The translations under genes and the position numbers were made by a program. The notes below the pieces were generated by a model. The model had not been told where the DNA came from, did no database searches, and worked only from the letters and a program-made list of their open reading frames with translations. From the IMG/VR virus record IMGVR_UViG_3300045988_176782, positions 64,001 through 128,000 of that record: 64,000 nucleotides of DNA. One strand, given 5' to 3'. Positions 1 to 10,872 of the stretch are shown piece by piece (position 1 is the stretch's first letter; each line of letters opens with the position of its first letter). This stretch comes from a virus.

Positions 1-91
1 GGCTTTCTGTTGTAGCAAGAAAAGCATTAAAATTTCCAGCAATTCAATGGCATTTTACTTAACCATTACTGGTTAAGGGACCTGGAACTTG

Positions 92-532
92 TCAAGTCCT
101 ATAATTCCCCTTAAGTTTGCTGTCTTTGGTCCCTACGATGTAGGCCGCGGACGAATGTAAATTACCTTTTGTATCAACCCAATTTATAATGTAATTACAC
201 TAAACCATATAAAATTTATTGTGAGGCTGATAAGCAGACACAACTTTTTTATATATAAGCCAAGGTTTTTCGTTCCAAATTACTAAATCACCGGGTTTCA
301 AATCCACCGATAACTCAGTTAATAAAATTTGAGAAACACGATTTTCATCCTATTTATCAGTCAAAATAACTCCATCAAAATAGTTATCCTCACATCGCAA
401 TCCCCTGACTGTTGCTTGATTATAATATAAATTCTTTTTAAACTCTAACTAACCAGACTTAAAAGCCCGTTCTTGCGGAGTTACTCCTAAATGAGTTGCG
501 CGCTAACGATAGACTTCAAAATATTCACTCAT
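92..532 (-). CDS. structural-module protein, 146 aa, readable only with TAG as sense
   Basis: ATG at 532-530 overlaps the upstream TGA (ATGA). Open to TGA at 92-94 with 4 in-frame TAG and no TAA/TGA. Absent from the standard-code ORF track. Confidence 0.6.
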
Positions 533-782
533 TCGCACTCAACTCCTTAACTAAATTGATACACTCAAAAATAGTTTTTCTAAAATACTGATAATCCAAA
601 TATTTTAGTTCAGAGAGTTTTCCAATAAGAGGCCAATAATTGATTGTTTTATCAATTTTTTCTAGGCCATAAAGTTCCAAAAGAATCGTTTCTAAAAATT
701 TTTCCCAAGCCCCACCTTTTTCACGTTCACAAAGCAACCCATAAAGCCGCCCTTGAAGCTTATTGTAATAACCTTCAATCAT
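525..782 (-). CDS. small head-tail module protein, 85 aa
   Basis: Intact ORF in the track. Start overlaps the upstream stop (ATGA). Lies in the head operon. Confidence 0.55.
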   Translation of the reverse strand: MIEGYYNKLQGRLYGLLCEREKGGAWEKFLETILLELYGLEKIDKTINYWPLIGKLSELKYLDYQYFRKTIFECINLVKELSANE

Positions 783-1225
783 GTATTTTTACCTGCCAAT
801 TTACCAAAAATTTTATTTGGCTTATAGCGAATAGAGCGGTCATAACGGTCCAACAAAAACAAGCAATCATCCATACATTGGGCTTGGTCTTTGATGAGCT
901 TGTCGAGGAAATTGGCCTAACTGAAATCCTTTGTTGAATAAAGGTGCCGAATGTTATCCCACGTATTCACGCAACGAGATAACCATTCATATTTCATAAA
1001 AGAAGCAAGAATCTGAATCTCGTCATTAGTTAATGTTTCGTCAAAACTTTCTGCTTTAACATCATAATCTAAAGAAATATGTGGGTAACGAAAACGCATT
1101 ATCGCCGCATCAAGCAGCATCTTCCAATCTTTTTTCACTATGTCCCAGTATTCTGTGGCCATCCAGTCATCGGTTTCAACTTTGGATAAGAACACATCAT
1201 ATACATCTTGAAAAGAGGTAGCCAT
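779..1225 (-). CDS. head-tail connector/adaptor-like protein, 148 aa
   Basis: ORF 917..1225 continues in frame through TAG at 917-919 to TGA at 779-781. Located just downstream of the capsid genes. The adaptor-like call rests on position and size only. Confidence 0.5.
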
Positions 1226-1238
1226 AGAGCTTCACCCC

Positions 1239-1688
1239 TTACTTAATAGACATACGAACGGCTTCTAAACAATCAAAACCTAAATATTGCTTTAGAGCAT
1301 TGCTGCGGCCAAGATCTGTAATCTTTAGCTCACGAGCGGTTTCAATAAACTCGTCTTTTAGTGCAGGAGATAAGTCCTTGCCCTTAAGAACAGTAATTAA
1401 ATCCTTAACAGGAGCTTCAGTTAATAAATACTTTACATTAACATCTGCGCTAGTTTTAGCAGTGGGCTTTACACTAATTTGAGCCTTAAGTTCAGCATCT
1501 TCAGTAATAACTTGCAAAAAACCGTCCTTAATAAAAGCCTGACAGCCAGGGTCGTAATTGAATTCTTCAAATACATCTTCCGGCAGTGCAGTTTCTTGCT
1601 TTGGCATCAAATCGCGACGGAAACGCACATTAGGTAAATTAATACCAATTACAAATGTGCTTAAATTCTTAACTTTAACTTTACCCAT
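1239..1688 (-). CDS. hypothetical head-module protein, 149 aa
   Basis: Intact ORF between the capsid and connector genes, ends in TAA. Confidence 0.5.
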   Translation of the reverse strand: MGKVKVKNLSTFVIGINLPNVRFRRDLMPKQETALPEDVFEEFNYDPGCQAFIKDGFLQVITEDAELKAQISVKPTAKTSADVNVKYLLTEAPVKDLITVLKGKDLSPALKDEFIETARELKITDLGRSNALKQYLGFDCLEAVRMSIK

Positions 1689-1756
1689 TATCTTTACTCC
1701 TTTTACTCATATGGAGGGAGGCCGACTCGCGGCCTCCCGCGAATTTATCTTAATCA

Positions 1757-2803
1757 TTAGGGATTTAGAATCTTATCGTTATCCCAACCGCCATCTTCAA
1801 TGGCGCTATTGTAATAAATGCCCCAGTAATAAGGCTCAGTTACAATAGCCATACCTAGCTTTTTGTAGAATTGAACTTCGGTGCTCCAATCCTTATTGTC
1901 AACATAACGCATATGGGAGTCACCAACCATAGCAATCTTAACAATCTTTTCCTTGCCAGCAGGAATTACATAAGCAAAGCGAGGATTGAAAATCATATGA
2001 GAGTTGGTTTCATCAGTGAAGCTATTAGGCATTACTACGATAGAAGCACCAGCAAATTTGCCAATATAGCCATTTTCACGGACTTCATCTGCATCACGGT
2101 CAGAAACCTTCCAATAATGCACGCCATCAGTCATAACATTGGACATTTGAGCAGCAAATTCATGACCACAATAAATAACAGGAGTGCCGTAAGCACTTAC
2201 AACAGAAATTAACTTAGACATCTTTGCAGCATCAAAGCCATTAGAAGCAGCCTTGTTTGCGCCAGGACGACCAGCATCATTCCAAGTAGCAAGTAGCATA
2301 CCTTGAATTTCTTGATAAATACGCTCGGCGAGACCATCAAGAATAATGTCATAAATTTCAAGAATATTTTCGTCACCATCAAGATAACGTTCAAAGTCCA
2401 TAATACCAGCGGCGCCGTAAGCAACTGGAGTTACTTCAAATTGCTCTTGATCAAGACGGAAAGTCTCATAGACACCAGCTGCGGTAGCACGAGTTACATA
2501 TTGCTTGCCACGTTCGCGGCCTTTCTTCTTCTTGAAGATTAGGCGGTCCTTGTTGCCAAATTGCTTTACTTCGGCAAACATACCAATTAAATCAATAACC
2601 TTACGAGGGAGAATTTCCTCAGCGGTTTGCTCTAGAATTTCAAATACTTCGGGGGCATTACGCTCAAATTGGTGACGAGTGCCCATTAGACGCTTTAGCT
2701 CATCACGAAGAGCTGCATCATAATCAATAGACTGATTCTCAAACTCGGTGGGGATATTTACACCACGAGCGCAATCTAATAGTTGCTTTAAGTTATTTTC
2801 CAT
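1757..2803 (-). CDS. major capsid protein (HK97-fold-like)
   Basis: 348 aa ORF directly after scaffold and accessory genes, with an SD upstream. Size, position and sequence character are typical of Caudoviricetes MCPs. No search was possible. Confidence 0.7.
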   Translation of the reverse strand: MENNLKQLLDCARGVNIPTEFENQSIDYDAALRDELKRLMGTRHQFERNAPEVFEILEQTAEEILPRKVIDLIGMFAEVKQFGNKDRLIFKKKKGRERGKQYVTRATAAGVYETFRLDQEQFEVTPVAYGAAGIMDFERYLDGDENILEIYDIILDGLAERIYQEIQGMLLATWNDAGRPGANKAASNGFDAAKMSKLISVVSAYGTPVIYCGHEFAAQMSNVMTDGVHYWKVSDRDADEVRENGYIGKFAGASIVVMPNSFTDETNSHMIFNPRFAYVIPAGKEKIVKIAMVGDSHMRYVDNKDWSTEVQFYKKLGMAIVTEPYYWGIYYNSAIEDGGWDNDKILNP

Positions 2804-2822
2804 AATCTTATACCTCCAACTA

Positions 2823-3362
2823 TTAAGCTTCTAAGATGGTGTACTTAATCGCCTTTTCGCCGTTAGGAACAGTAGTATACTTTACTACCTGGCCATAAGC
2901 ACCGGAAGTGGGCTTAGTGGCGGTTACCTTGGGACGGCCATCACCAGCTACGGGTACAACATATAGAGGAGTAGTATCAAGAGCCTTCATAGCTTCTTCA
3001 AAAGTCTTTAAGTTGGCAAAATCACCCATATCAAAGCAGTTAGTGGTGAAAATGTCGCCAGAGTGTAGAATACCTACACGGGGATAAGCGCCAGCTACAT
3101 CAAAATGCTCTTTTAAACCATATACATAGCGGCCCCATTCCTTTTCAGTGGTGTAAACGATACCATATTGTACAGTATCAGCAGCAGGTAGCTTAATTTC
3201 TTGATTAGCAATATTAGCGTCTACCCACATACCGTTCTCACAAGGAGCAGCGGCAGTAAATTCATCAGACAGAGGAGTCTGAGAACGAACTAAACCATTC
3301 TTTAGATATGCCGCACGATTCATTTCTAGGCTGGCATACTTAGAAAGTGGAAACTTAGCCAT
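2823..3362 (-). CDS. capsid accessory/decoration-like protein, 179 aa
   Basis: Intact ORF between the scaffold and MCP genes with GGAGG upstream. Function is inferred from position only. Confidence 0.4.
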   Translation of the reverse strand: MAKFPLSKYASLEMNRAAYLKNGLVRSQTPLSDEFTAAAPCENGMWVDANIANQEIKLPAADTVQYGIVYTTEKEWGRYVYGLKEHFDVAGAYPRVGILHSGDIFTTNCFDMGDFANLKTFEEAMKALDTTPLYVVPVAGDGRPKVTATKPTSGAYGQVVKYTTVPNGEKAIKYTILEA

Positions 3363-3378
3363 AATAAATTCCCTCCAA

Positions 3379-4677
3379 TTATTTCTTGTATTTGCTTAGA
3401 AGTTGAGCAAAAGCATTAGATTCCTTCGGTACTTGAGGTACACGAATTTCTTCATCTTGTTCTTTTGCCATAGAGAAAGAAGTGTATTCCATCGCCAAAC
3501 GAGTATTTAATTCATCTAAGGTCATATTAGCCATAGAATCATTAACTTCTTGCATTACTGGCGCAGGTAGGCACTTAGAGAACTTTTTGAGTAGTTCTTC
3601 TTTTTCTTCCTGTTCATACTTTTGGATGCGTTTAGAATAGTCAGAAATAGTTTCTTCCTTAGAAGCTAAATCTTGCTTTACAGCTTCGTAGAGTTGGTCA
3701 GCAACTTCCTTTTCTTCGGAAGTCTTGTTATAGTCTTCTTGTAGAGTTTTATGTTGCTCTACTAACGCATCATATTGAGTTTGGAGAGCATTGTAAGTCT
3801 CCAGTAGCTCGTTATATTTATCCTCAAAGTTAGGAGTTTCTTCCACAACAGGTTCTGTAGTGGATTCTTCAGGAGTTTCTTCTACAGTGCTTTCTGCCGC
3901 AGGAGTTTCTTCCTCTTCCTTCACCTCTTCGGACTCAGTAGGAGCGCTAGCTTCGGCTTCCGCAGGAGCCTCTACTTGTGTTTCTGCTGTAGGTTCGGTT
4001 TCCGTAAAGACTTCTTCAGTAACCTCAACAGAAGTTTCTTGCTTAACTTCTTCCATAGCGTCCTTACCTCCATTAAAGTATTTTTGCATAGCAAGTGTAA
4101 ATTGCTTATAACTATCGTCAGCTAAATCAAAGAACGCAGCACCCTCAAAACAAGGTTCGCGCTTGCCGAGAACACATAGCCCCTTAATTACGCCATCGGT
4201 ATATACAAATGCTTGGTCCTCAAAATCATTATAAATAATATCTCTCCAAGAACCTTTAATTGTATTCTTATCCAGTTCCATACTTTGTGCTTTTGAAAAA
4301 ATTTCTTTTGCTTCGTCCCAATATTCGGCCCAAACAATAACATCAAAAGTTGCATAAGTACGTTTCACACCATCGGGGTCAAGATGATCTTCCCAGGTTC
4401 CGCTGTTTGGAACAACTACCCCGTAAGCGCGCTTATCGGTGGATTCTTCGTGACCGCCAAAATCCTTTTCAGAGTACAAATAAGTCCCTACAATAGGTTT
4501 GAGATTAGCAGATTCAATTAACTTTTGTGCAAAAGAATCTGTAATATAACTGTAATTGCGATTCAAACCCTTGTAAAAAACTCTAACTTTGCCTTTCTTT
4601 AAGGTGGGGTCTTCCTGAGTAGGAATGAATGTTTCACCAAACTGAATATCAAATTTAAATGGAATTTGCTTTTCCAA
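3379..4677 (-). CDS. scaffolding protein, possibly fused to a prohead-protease-like N-domain
   Basis: 432 aa. The N-terminal globular part is followed by a strongly acidic Glu/Thr/Pro-rich linker and a coiled-coil-like C-terminus. Located between portal and capsid. Confidence 0.55.
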   Translation of the reverse strand: MEKQIPFKFDIQFGETFIPTQEDPTLKKGKVRVFYKGLNRNYSYITDSFAQKLIESANLKPIVGTYLYSEKDFGGHEESTDKRAYGVVVPNSGTWEDHLDPDGVKRTYATFDVIVWAEYWDEAKEIFSKAQSMELDKNTIKGSWRDIIYNDFEDQAFVYTDGVIKGLCVLGKREPCFEGAAFFDLADDSYKQFTLAMQKYFNGGKDAMEEVKQETSVEVTEEVFTETEPTAETQVEAPAEAEASAPTESEEVKEEEETPAAESTVEETPEESTTEPVVEETPNFEDKYNELLETYNALQTQYDALVEQHKTLQEDYNKTSEEKEVADQLYEAVKQDLASKEETISDYSKRIQKYEQEEKEELLKKFSKCLPAPVMQEVNDSMANMTLDELNTRLAMEYTSFSMAKEQDEEIRVPQVPKESNAFAQLLSKYKK

Positions 4678-4691
4678 TTTGATTCACCCCA

Positions 4692-6248
4692 TTAGGTAGC
4701 CCCGTCGATATTTTCATTAGTGCGGTCTGCACGCTCTTCAATACTCTTCGTAGGACGGCCACCTTCATTAGATAAGTTGGGAGTAGAAGTAGTCTTATTA
4801 GGAGTTTTTTCATTATTTTTAGAATTTTTATCGTTGGAACTTTGAGTATAACTATTATTTAATGGCACGAGTTTTTGGTCTAACTTCGCGGTCTTATTTT
4901 CATAATCAGAAAGTTCCATTAAATCTATAGCATCTAAGCCAAGTGCGCTACTAACCATTGTTTTTGGATAGCCATATTGCGCCGCTTTGAGATACATATC
5001 TACACTATCTTTTTGAAAGATTGTAGAAATTGGTAGAAACTTAATAGTGCAATAATTATTTTCAGATTTTGTGCGGTTGCGCAAAACCACATTCAACCAA
5101 ATCTCATACTACTTACTCCAAGAAAACATAATGGAAATATCTTTTTTAATAGAATAAGTAATCGCGGTGCTACCATTAGAAGAATTAAAGATTTGAGAAG
5201 TTATACCCATATCGTCATAAACGCTGGAAGTATATTTCTATAAACGACTTGTAGAGCTGTTCGCAGCGGAATCTGGTTCTTGTACGCTTTCCAAAGAAAT
5301 ATCTGCATAGGTTGTTAGAACATCAATTGTGTCGTTATCGCCTACCATATTGCAAACGCTTTGGTGCAATTCTTGCGCCTCTTCCAAAGAAAAAAGCAAT
5401 TCTCCTGTAGATTTGTCTACAGGTAATTTTTGGATTAGTAGTTTTTGTAGTTCATTTTTGTCGCGTTCTGCTTCTCTGTCACGGGCGCCCTAAAGGTCTG
5501 CAATAGCATCCATACCAGCAATAAGAGGAGGGACTCCTTCCTCATTAAACATAAAACACATCCCCCCTTCTACGGCGGGGATTTCAATCCAAAGTTCGCT
5601 CACTTTTTTCTTGCGATACAGAGCCTAAACATATTTTGGGAATAATTCTAAAATGCTTTTTCGTTCTGCCTCATCGTATGCGATATTATCAAAATAGGCC
5701 GCATTTAATTCAAGAACGGGCAAACCAAATTCATCATTAAACCTTGTGCGGCAATAGCGGACAGGCAACTAGTAGAAAATTGGTTGGTCTTTTTCTCCCA
5801 CTTTCATAAAGCCATAGTATATGCCTTCGCGTAAGATGACTTTATTAATTTTAGGCAAAAGCATCTCTAAATTCATAGATTTCAAGAATCTACAATTTTT
5901 GTTGTAAGTATTTTTTAAGTTTTTAGGCGCATTATCTAAATTATATTGCGGAATAACGATATAGTTATAAGTAAGTAATGTCGCCATATAGGCAATAATT
6001 CTATCATAAATACCGCTAAATCGCGCAAAGTAAAGTGATAATTGCCGAATAAGAGTTGGATTGCCAGAAGCAAGAATGTCATTAATTTCTTCTTTGGTAA
6101 AACCTTTTGTGGAAGTTGTACTATATACGCGGTTATACCTATCATTTAATGCACGTTCTGTTCTAGGCGCGCGATATGATGCCTTTTTTGCAAATTCAAT
6201 AAAAGCATTAATATCGCGAGGTTGGGTGTTTTCTGGCAAATTAATCAC
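4692..6248 (-). CDS. portal protein, 518 aa with TAG read as sense
   Basis: Track fragments 4692..5096 and 5769..6248 are in the same frame. I translated the gap by hand and it contains only TAG interruptions (e.g. 5109-5111, 5625-5627, 5769-5771). GTG start with GAAGG upstream. Located next to terminase. Confidence 0.75.
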
Positions 6249-6985
6249 CTGCCTTCTTTTTACTTGATGAGAAGAATGTCATTGCGCCAACACCAGTTCG
6301 TTTTTTGTTGCGACGGGTTTCTTTATCTTCGTATTCTTTAATGCGATAAAGTCCATAGGCTAGAGCAGAAACACGGTCTTTGTTTATACGTCTAGAAATC
6401 TATTCTACTGCTAACTGGTTAGCAGCGCCAGTGGGACGCAATTTTAGGTTATTAATCTCATCTATAAGTCGCGAGGTCATTATGTATGGTAAGAGGAATT
6501 TTTCTCTCTAATATAAATTCATTCGTTGGCCTTTTTTGGTTGATAGTAATTTTTCACGTGCGATTCTTTCATTGGCTAAAAGCAAAACATTTCCACTGTT
6601 CATTTGGATATAAAAGTTAGAATATATTTCGTTGTTAAGGGCAGCGTTGGCTTTTATGTTGTAGATTTTTGCCTCAACTCCACGAGGATGGGGATAAGTG
6701 TCGGGGTCATTAGAAACATAAAGTGCGCCGTATTGTTGCCCTTTAGGGCCAATGGAGGGAATAACAAGTTGGTCAAGTAGACCAGTACCGATAGTGTTTG
6801 CGTCAATTACGATGTCGCGAGGATTAAAGAGCTCGTTAAGTTCTTTAATGCGTGCGGCTTGTTCGGGGAAGGACATTTTTGTTAGATTTTCAGTATAAAC
6901 TACTTTCTTCGTCCAACCGTCTTGAGAAGGCAGGACTTTTATAATCATTACAGAAGTATCATTATTTCCTGTACGTGCTACGTCT
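6241..6985 (-). CDS. terL: terminase large subunit, exon 3 (nuclease domain)
   Basis: Begins ..DVARTGNNDTSVMIIKV. Reads through TAG at 6508-6510 and 6400-6402 to TAA at 6241-6243. Joins exon 2 in frame (FYIISV|DVAR). Confidence 0.7.
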
Positions 6986-8233
6986 CATTATTATTTCGGT
7001 AAGGTCGCTACGCTTACCGCATGGAGCTTTACATCTCTGTAAAGATTAGACTATATTTTCATCTATGATAGATGTTTCTTCTTTCGGGCGGCAATCGCTT
7101 CCGTCCTACTCCACATTGGGATAGTCGTTGAACCAATTTTCTAATATTTGTTCTATTTTACGAAAATTTGTATATGAAATTATTAAATAATTATAACCTT
7201 GCTGTTTAGCTTCTCGTTCTTTTAAAATATCTCGTTCTTGGCGTTCAGCCAAAGGTAATTTAGATTCAAATTTGACAAACTCTTTGTAATGTTGCTCTCC
7301 ATGGTATTCTATAATTAAATTATATTCAGGTATATAAAAATCATATCTATATCGTGGATTAGATTGCCATTTAAAAGTTGCTTCTTTTTGGAAAGAAATT
7401 TTTTGCGAATCTAAGTAATCTACAATTTTCTTTTCGCCATGACTCATTTTATCTGAGCATCTTGGACAACCAGCATGGCCTGATAGCAAAGCGTGAGGAG
7501 AAATTTTTCTAATAAAACCACATTTATGTCTCATTAGAATTTTTGTATCCGTGCCTTGATATTCTTCTAAAGGTTCGTAGTCTTGTGGAATTAAAGAGCG
7601 AAATACAACATCATTCATATCATGATGAGATTCACAAAAAGGACAAGTTTGGGTTTTTAAATAATCTTGTTTGCTTTTTTCAAAGATTTGATTACATTTT
7701 TCACACAGGACTTTTACAGTTTCCTTTTGTGTGTGTTCGCGGTATCCCCAATCTATAAAAGTTTGATTGGGATTATTATTAATTAATTGTAAAATTTTTT
7801 CTTTATTTTGTTTTTGTATGGCTTTATAAGCCGTCCTGCCTAAGCACTCGCAAATTGCTTGTCCATTCCTAATAAAATTATAAAAAGAAGAGTAAGTTCG
7901 TCTTTCTCCACAAGTTAAGCATTTAATTGTAAAAGGCTTACTAACTTTAGTATATTCAATAATTTCATAAGGTTGATTAGGGAATTTATTATTAATTCTT
8001 TGTTTAATTTCATCAATGATAATAATTTTCATAAATAGAATACCTCCAAAATTGGTGCTGATTGCCCTTTTGTAGCATTTAGGTTTACACCATGTGCCTT
8101 TTTGTTATTTGTTTCTGCTTTCGCGGCGTCATTATATTGAGGTAGATATAATTAGCATAACAAAACTTTCGGGGTTCCCAGCTTTTAAAGAAATTTTAGC
8201 ATCTCTTGTCACCAAGAGAGTCGGCAGAATTTT
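6986..8233 (-). mobile_element. group I-like intron A in terL (about 1.25 kb, carries an endonuclease ORF)
   Basis: Interrupts the TerL reading frame. The 5' exon ends in T and the intron ends in G. Shares the blocks GCTGGGAACCCC, GCGAAAGCAGAAA, GGGCAATCAGCA and ATATAGTCTAATCT with introns B and C. Boundaries are inferred, +/- a few nt. Confidence 0.6.
7106..8032 (-). CDS. intron-encoded homing endonuclease, PD-(D/E)xK (Vsr/DUF559-like) C-domain with CxxC zinc-ribbon repeats
   Basis: 308 aa with its own GGAGG RBS. Has several C-x2-C pairs and a C-terminal YRYDFYIPEYNLIIEYHGEQH motif. It ends in TAG in the standard reading. Read-through would add 20 codons, to TAA at 7046-7048. Confidence 0.65.
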   Translation of the reverse strand: MKIIIIDEIKQRINNKFPNQPYEIIEYTKVSKPFTIKCLTCGERRTYSSFYNFIRNGQAICECLGRTAYKAIQKQNKEKILQLINNNPNQTFIDWGYREHTQKETVKVLCEKCNQIFEKSKQDYLKTQTCPFCESHHDMNDVVFRSLIPQDYEPLEEYQGTDTKILMRHKCGFIRKISPHALLSGHAGCPRCSDKMSHGEKKIVDYLDSQKISFQKEATFKWQSNPRYRYDFYIPEYNLIIEYHGEQHYKEFVKFESKLPLAERQERDILKEREAKQQGYNYLIISYTNFRKIEQILENWFNDYPNVE

Positions 8234-8373
8234 ACCGAAATGATATAGAACATTTTTGGATTGCTTGAGGATTTAGCTTTTCTTTCAGCGTTAAGAAGCT
8301 TACGGATTTTGATAAGACGGTTAGAATTAAACCAGCTATCAGAATTACTACCTGTCCAAATTGACTGCGATTC
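8234..8373 (-). CDS. terL: terminase large subunit, exon 2 (140 nt)
   Basis: Translates ESQSIWTGSNSDSWFNSNRLIKIRKLLNAERKAKSSSNPKMFYIISV between the two introns. Its frame links exon 1 (..DSFAR) to exon 3. Confidence 0.55.
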
Positions 8374-9635
8374 CTTTATTTTTTTTCATATAAATTCGCT
8401 ATATTTATATCTGTTTTTACAGCTTATATTTTCATATAAGATAAGACTATATCTTCACCCTAAAATATTTAGGGGTTCGGCGTTAGAGCGCTTGCTCATT
8501 TAGTCGTTGAGCTAATAAGTCAGAATTTAATAATGTTTCATCATTATATGGTATTTTAATTAAAATAATATCATTATTTTTACAGTATTCAGCTTTATCT
8601 TTATCACATTGTTGCTGTTTAAGAAAAGCTTGCTCACCACCAAACCATTTAACAGGTTGGTAATGCTGGATGCCATTATATTCAATAGCATATTTCTTAT
8701 TGCTTTTTTCTAAATAGAAATCAAAGCGTAATACACGATGCTCACCACAAGGAATGATTTTTTGTTCTTCAAAAATAAAATTATATTTTTGTAAATATTC
8801 TCGTACTTTTCGTTCCCCTTTACTTGCCCTACAACGAGGGCATCCAGTGCGTTCCTTTAGAAAATGATAACAATCTACTTCCCAAATAAAACCACATTGG
8901 TTATGACGTACTTTAAAACGTCTTTGATGTTTAGAATTATGAGTGGTAGGTGCAACTCGGGTGTATTCATTGCCCCATGTTTGTTCAATACGATAATCAA
9001 TCATTTCATCGTTTAATAAAGCAAAGTTAGCTTCGCACCAAGGGCATTTTGTTCCTTCTTCTGTATAAGATACAGCAAAGGGCGCCCGAGAAAATGTATG
9101 CCCACATTTTCTACATTGCCAGTCTATTTTTTCTTTCCATGACCAACGGATGTCTTCAATTGCGAAATCTAATGGAATTAAAGAACTATTTTTAATAATT
9201 TCCATTCGTTGCTTTTGCAAGCCAGTTCTGCCAGCAGTTTCACATTTATTACAAATATCTAAATTACCACGTTTAGCCCGCTTCTTAAAATTACTGGCCA
9301 CTTTAAAAGTGAAATGAGAACCACATTTATTACAAACAATTTCACATGGATTTTCTGTACCATTAAAAGTTACAAAATCAAAATCAGATGTGGGTAAAGC
9401 TTCTTGTAAAATATCATGATATTCTTGTTGAGTATATTTCATATTAAATCCTCCTTATTAGTTGCTGATTGCCCATTAGCAAGCCCTTAGCGTTGCCGCT
9501 TAGGCTCATCCAAAAACTTATTTCTGCTTTCGCTCCGTCATAATTTAAGGTAAATTATTGTGGCATTTTGGCTTTAGGGGTTTCCAGCAGTTAACCGAAT
9601 TCTATAACTATATTACTATAGTTTCGCGCAAATCT
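8374..9635 (-). mobile_element. group I-like intron B in terL (about 1.26 kb, carries an endonuclease ORF)
   Basis: Homologous to intron A at both ends, with the same conserved blocks. The 5' exon ends in T and the intron ends in G. Boundaries are inferred. Confidence 0.6.
8483..9442 (-). CDS. intron-encoded homing endonuclease, paralog of 7106..8032
   Basis: 319 aa with AAGGAGG RBS. Has CxxC repeats and a C-terminal LRFDFYLEKSNKKYAIEYNGIQH motif. Ends in TAA. Confidence 0.65.
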   Translation of the reverse strand: MKYTQQEYHDILQEALPTSDFDFVTFNGTENPCEIVCNKCGSHFTFKVASNFKKRAKRGNLDICNKCETAGRTGLQKQRMEIIKNSSLIPLDFAIEDIRWSWKEKIDWQCRKCGHTFSRAPFAVSYTEEGTKCPWCEANFALLNDEMIDYRIEQTWGNEYTRVAPTTHNSKHQRRFKVRHNQCGFIWEVDCYHFLKERTGCPRCRASKGERKVREYLQKYNFIFEEQKIIPCGEHRVLRFDFYLEKSNKKYAIEYNGIQHYQPVKWFGGEQAFLKQQQCDKDKAEYCKNNDIILIKIPYNDETLLNSDLLAQRLNEQAL

Positions 9636-10517
9636 ACGTGCAAAGCTGTCCATATCAAAAGTCGCGCTCATTCGCTGTTCATTAAGAAACTTCTTATTAA
9701 GCAAACCATAATGCACAGGTAACTCATATGAACTGCCACAGACAAAATAATCGTCTGGGTCAATTACTTCATTAACTACTAGTTCAATTAATTTTTCATA
9801 AGCAAAGGTAGTTTTGCTACCCGCACTAGTAATATAAATTTGTTGGGCGTGAGGTTCGTCCGCATTCACGAAACCATTTACTTGAGGCCTAGGTACATTC
9901 ATCATGGGGATTATTACCTCATTCAGCAAAGTCCCATCTATCAAGGCAGCTTCCTCAACTACGCCACCCGTTGCACGCTAGCCACGACTTGAAGCAGAAA
10001 GAGCAAGAACGTGGAAAATGGAACCATTCTTAAATTTCATTTCAATATAATCGGTGCTTTGCTTTAAATATTCAAGCTCGTTTTTAAGTAGCGGCCACCA
10101 ACGAAAGATTTCTTCTATTTTTTGTTTTGCAATATCCAAAGATGCTTTTTTGTATTGAGAAACCAAAAAGCGCTTACTATTGGGTAGAAATATGCAAGAC
10201 AAGATTTGAGAGAGTATAGCAATGAAAGACTTTGAAGTTGCGCGTGTGAATGACCCGAAGAAGTATCTGTATCGCGCGCACGCTCGCAACATAACCCTCT
10301 GATAATACATTAATTTAATTGGACAATCGCGGCTTGAAATCATATCTAAAAAAAGGTCAGGGTAAAGCCGCCACTTCTCACAATAATATTGGATTAGGTC
10401 TTCATTCTATTCTACCCATCGTTCATCAAGCACAACACCTTTTTCTACTGGTATGCCGTCTCGTAGAACATTACCATTAACACGGAAGCTGTCAATTGGA
10501 TTAGTTAATTGCGTCAT
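9636..10517 (-). CDS. terL: terminase large subunit, exon 1 (ATPase domain)
   Basis: The ATG at 10517 overlaps the upstream gene end. Track fragments 9978..10343 and 9591..9944 are in frame with it and are joined by TAGs (9978-9980 and about 10400). Contains a Walker-A-like TRATSKSF. The tail of the track ORF (RFARNYSNIVIEFG*) is intron read-through. Confidence 0.7.
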
Positions 10518-10872
10518 CGTCATCATCCTCCAGGTCCATAGTATCTTCATATTCTATGGAACGAAGAGTTTCTTCTTCGGTGTCGGTATCTTCGTAGCTG
10601 CCGGTTTGTTCTAAGCGGTCAGCCAATTCAAGTTGCTTGCGGCGGTCTTCAACCTAATCGCCAATGCTACTTTCATTTTGCACCAAACGCTTAAGATGGT
10701 CTTGGATACATTTTATAGTAAAGTCTGCACTATCTTGCGGCTCAGTATGCCAATTCATCTTTTTGCCGCGTTTCTCCAAGTAAGTGAATAATTCACCTAC
10801 ACTGTCAAAATCGCCGGTTGATTTGCTGTTTTTCGGTTCAAAACCTTCAGCTTTGATAATATTATGATACAT
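10501..10872 (-). CDS. small-terminase-like protein, exon 2
   Basis: Track ORF 10654..10875 continues through TAG at 10654-10656 to TAA at 10501-10503. Acidic C-terminus. Overlaps the terL start. Confidence 0.5.

Noticed and set aside
1-91. Start of a further minus-strand structural gene at the left edge.
   Set aside because: Every frame I tried hits TAA within about 10 codons after the candidate ATGs, so I could not support a CDS call from the 91 nt available.
6986-9635. Inteins as the cause of the terL interruption.
   Set aside because: The endonuclease ORFs have their own SD, start and stop and are not in frame with TerL. They are flanked by hundreds of nt of conserved non-coding sequence, and a related element without any ORF exists at 10873-11083. 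This fits introns, not inteins.
4692-10517. Fragmented portal and terminase ORFs could mean a decayed, pseudogenised prophage.
   Set aside because: All interruptions are TAG, never TAA or TGA, and there are no frameshifts. The same pattern appears in many unrelated genes, and TAG is not used as a terminator by the phage's own genes. Recoding explains this better than decay.
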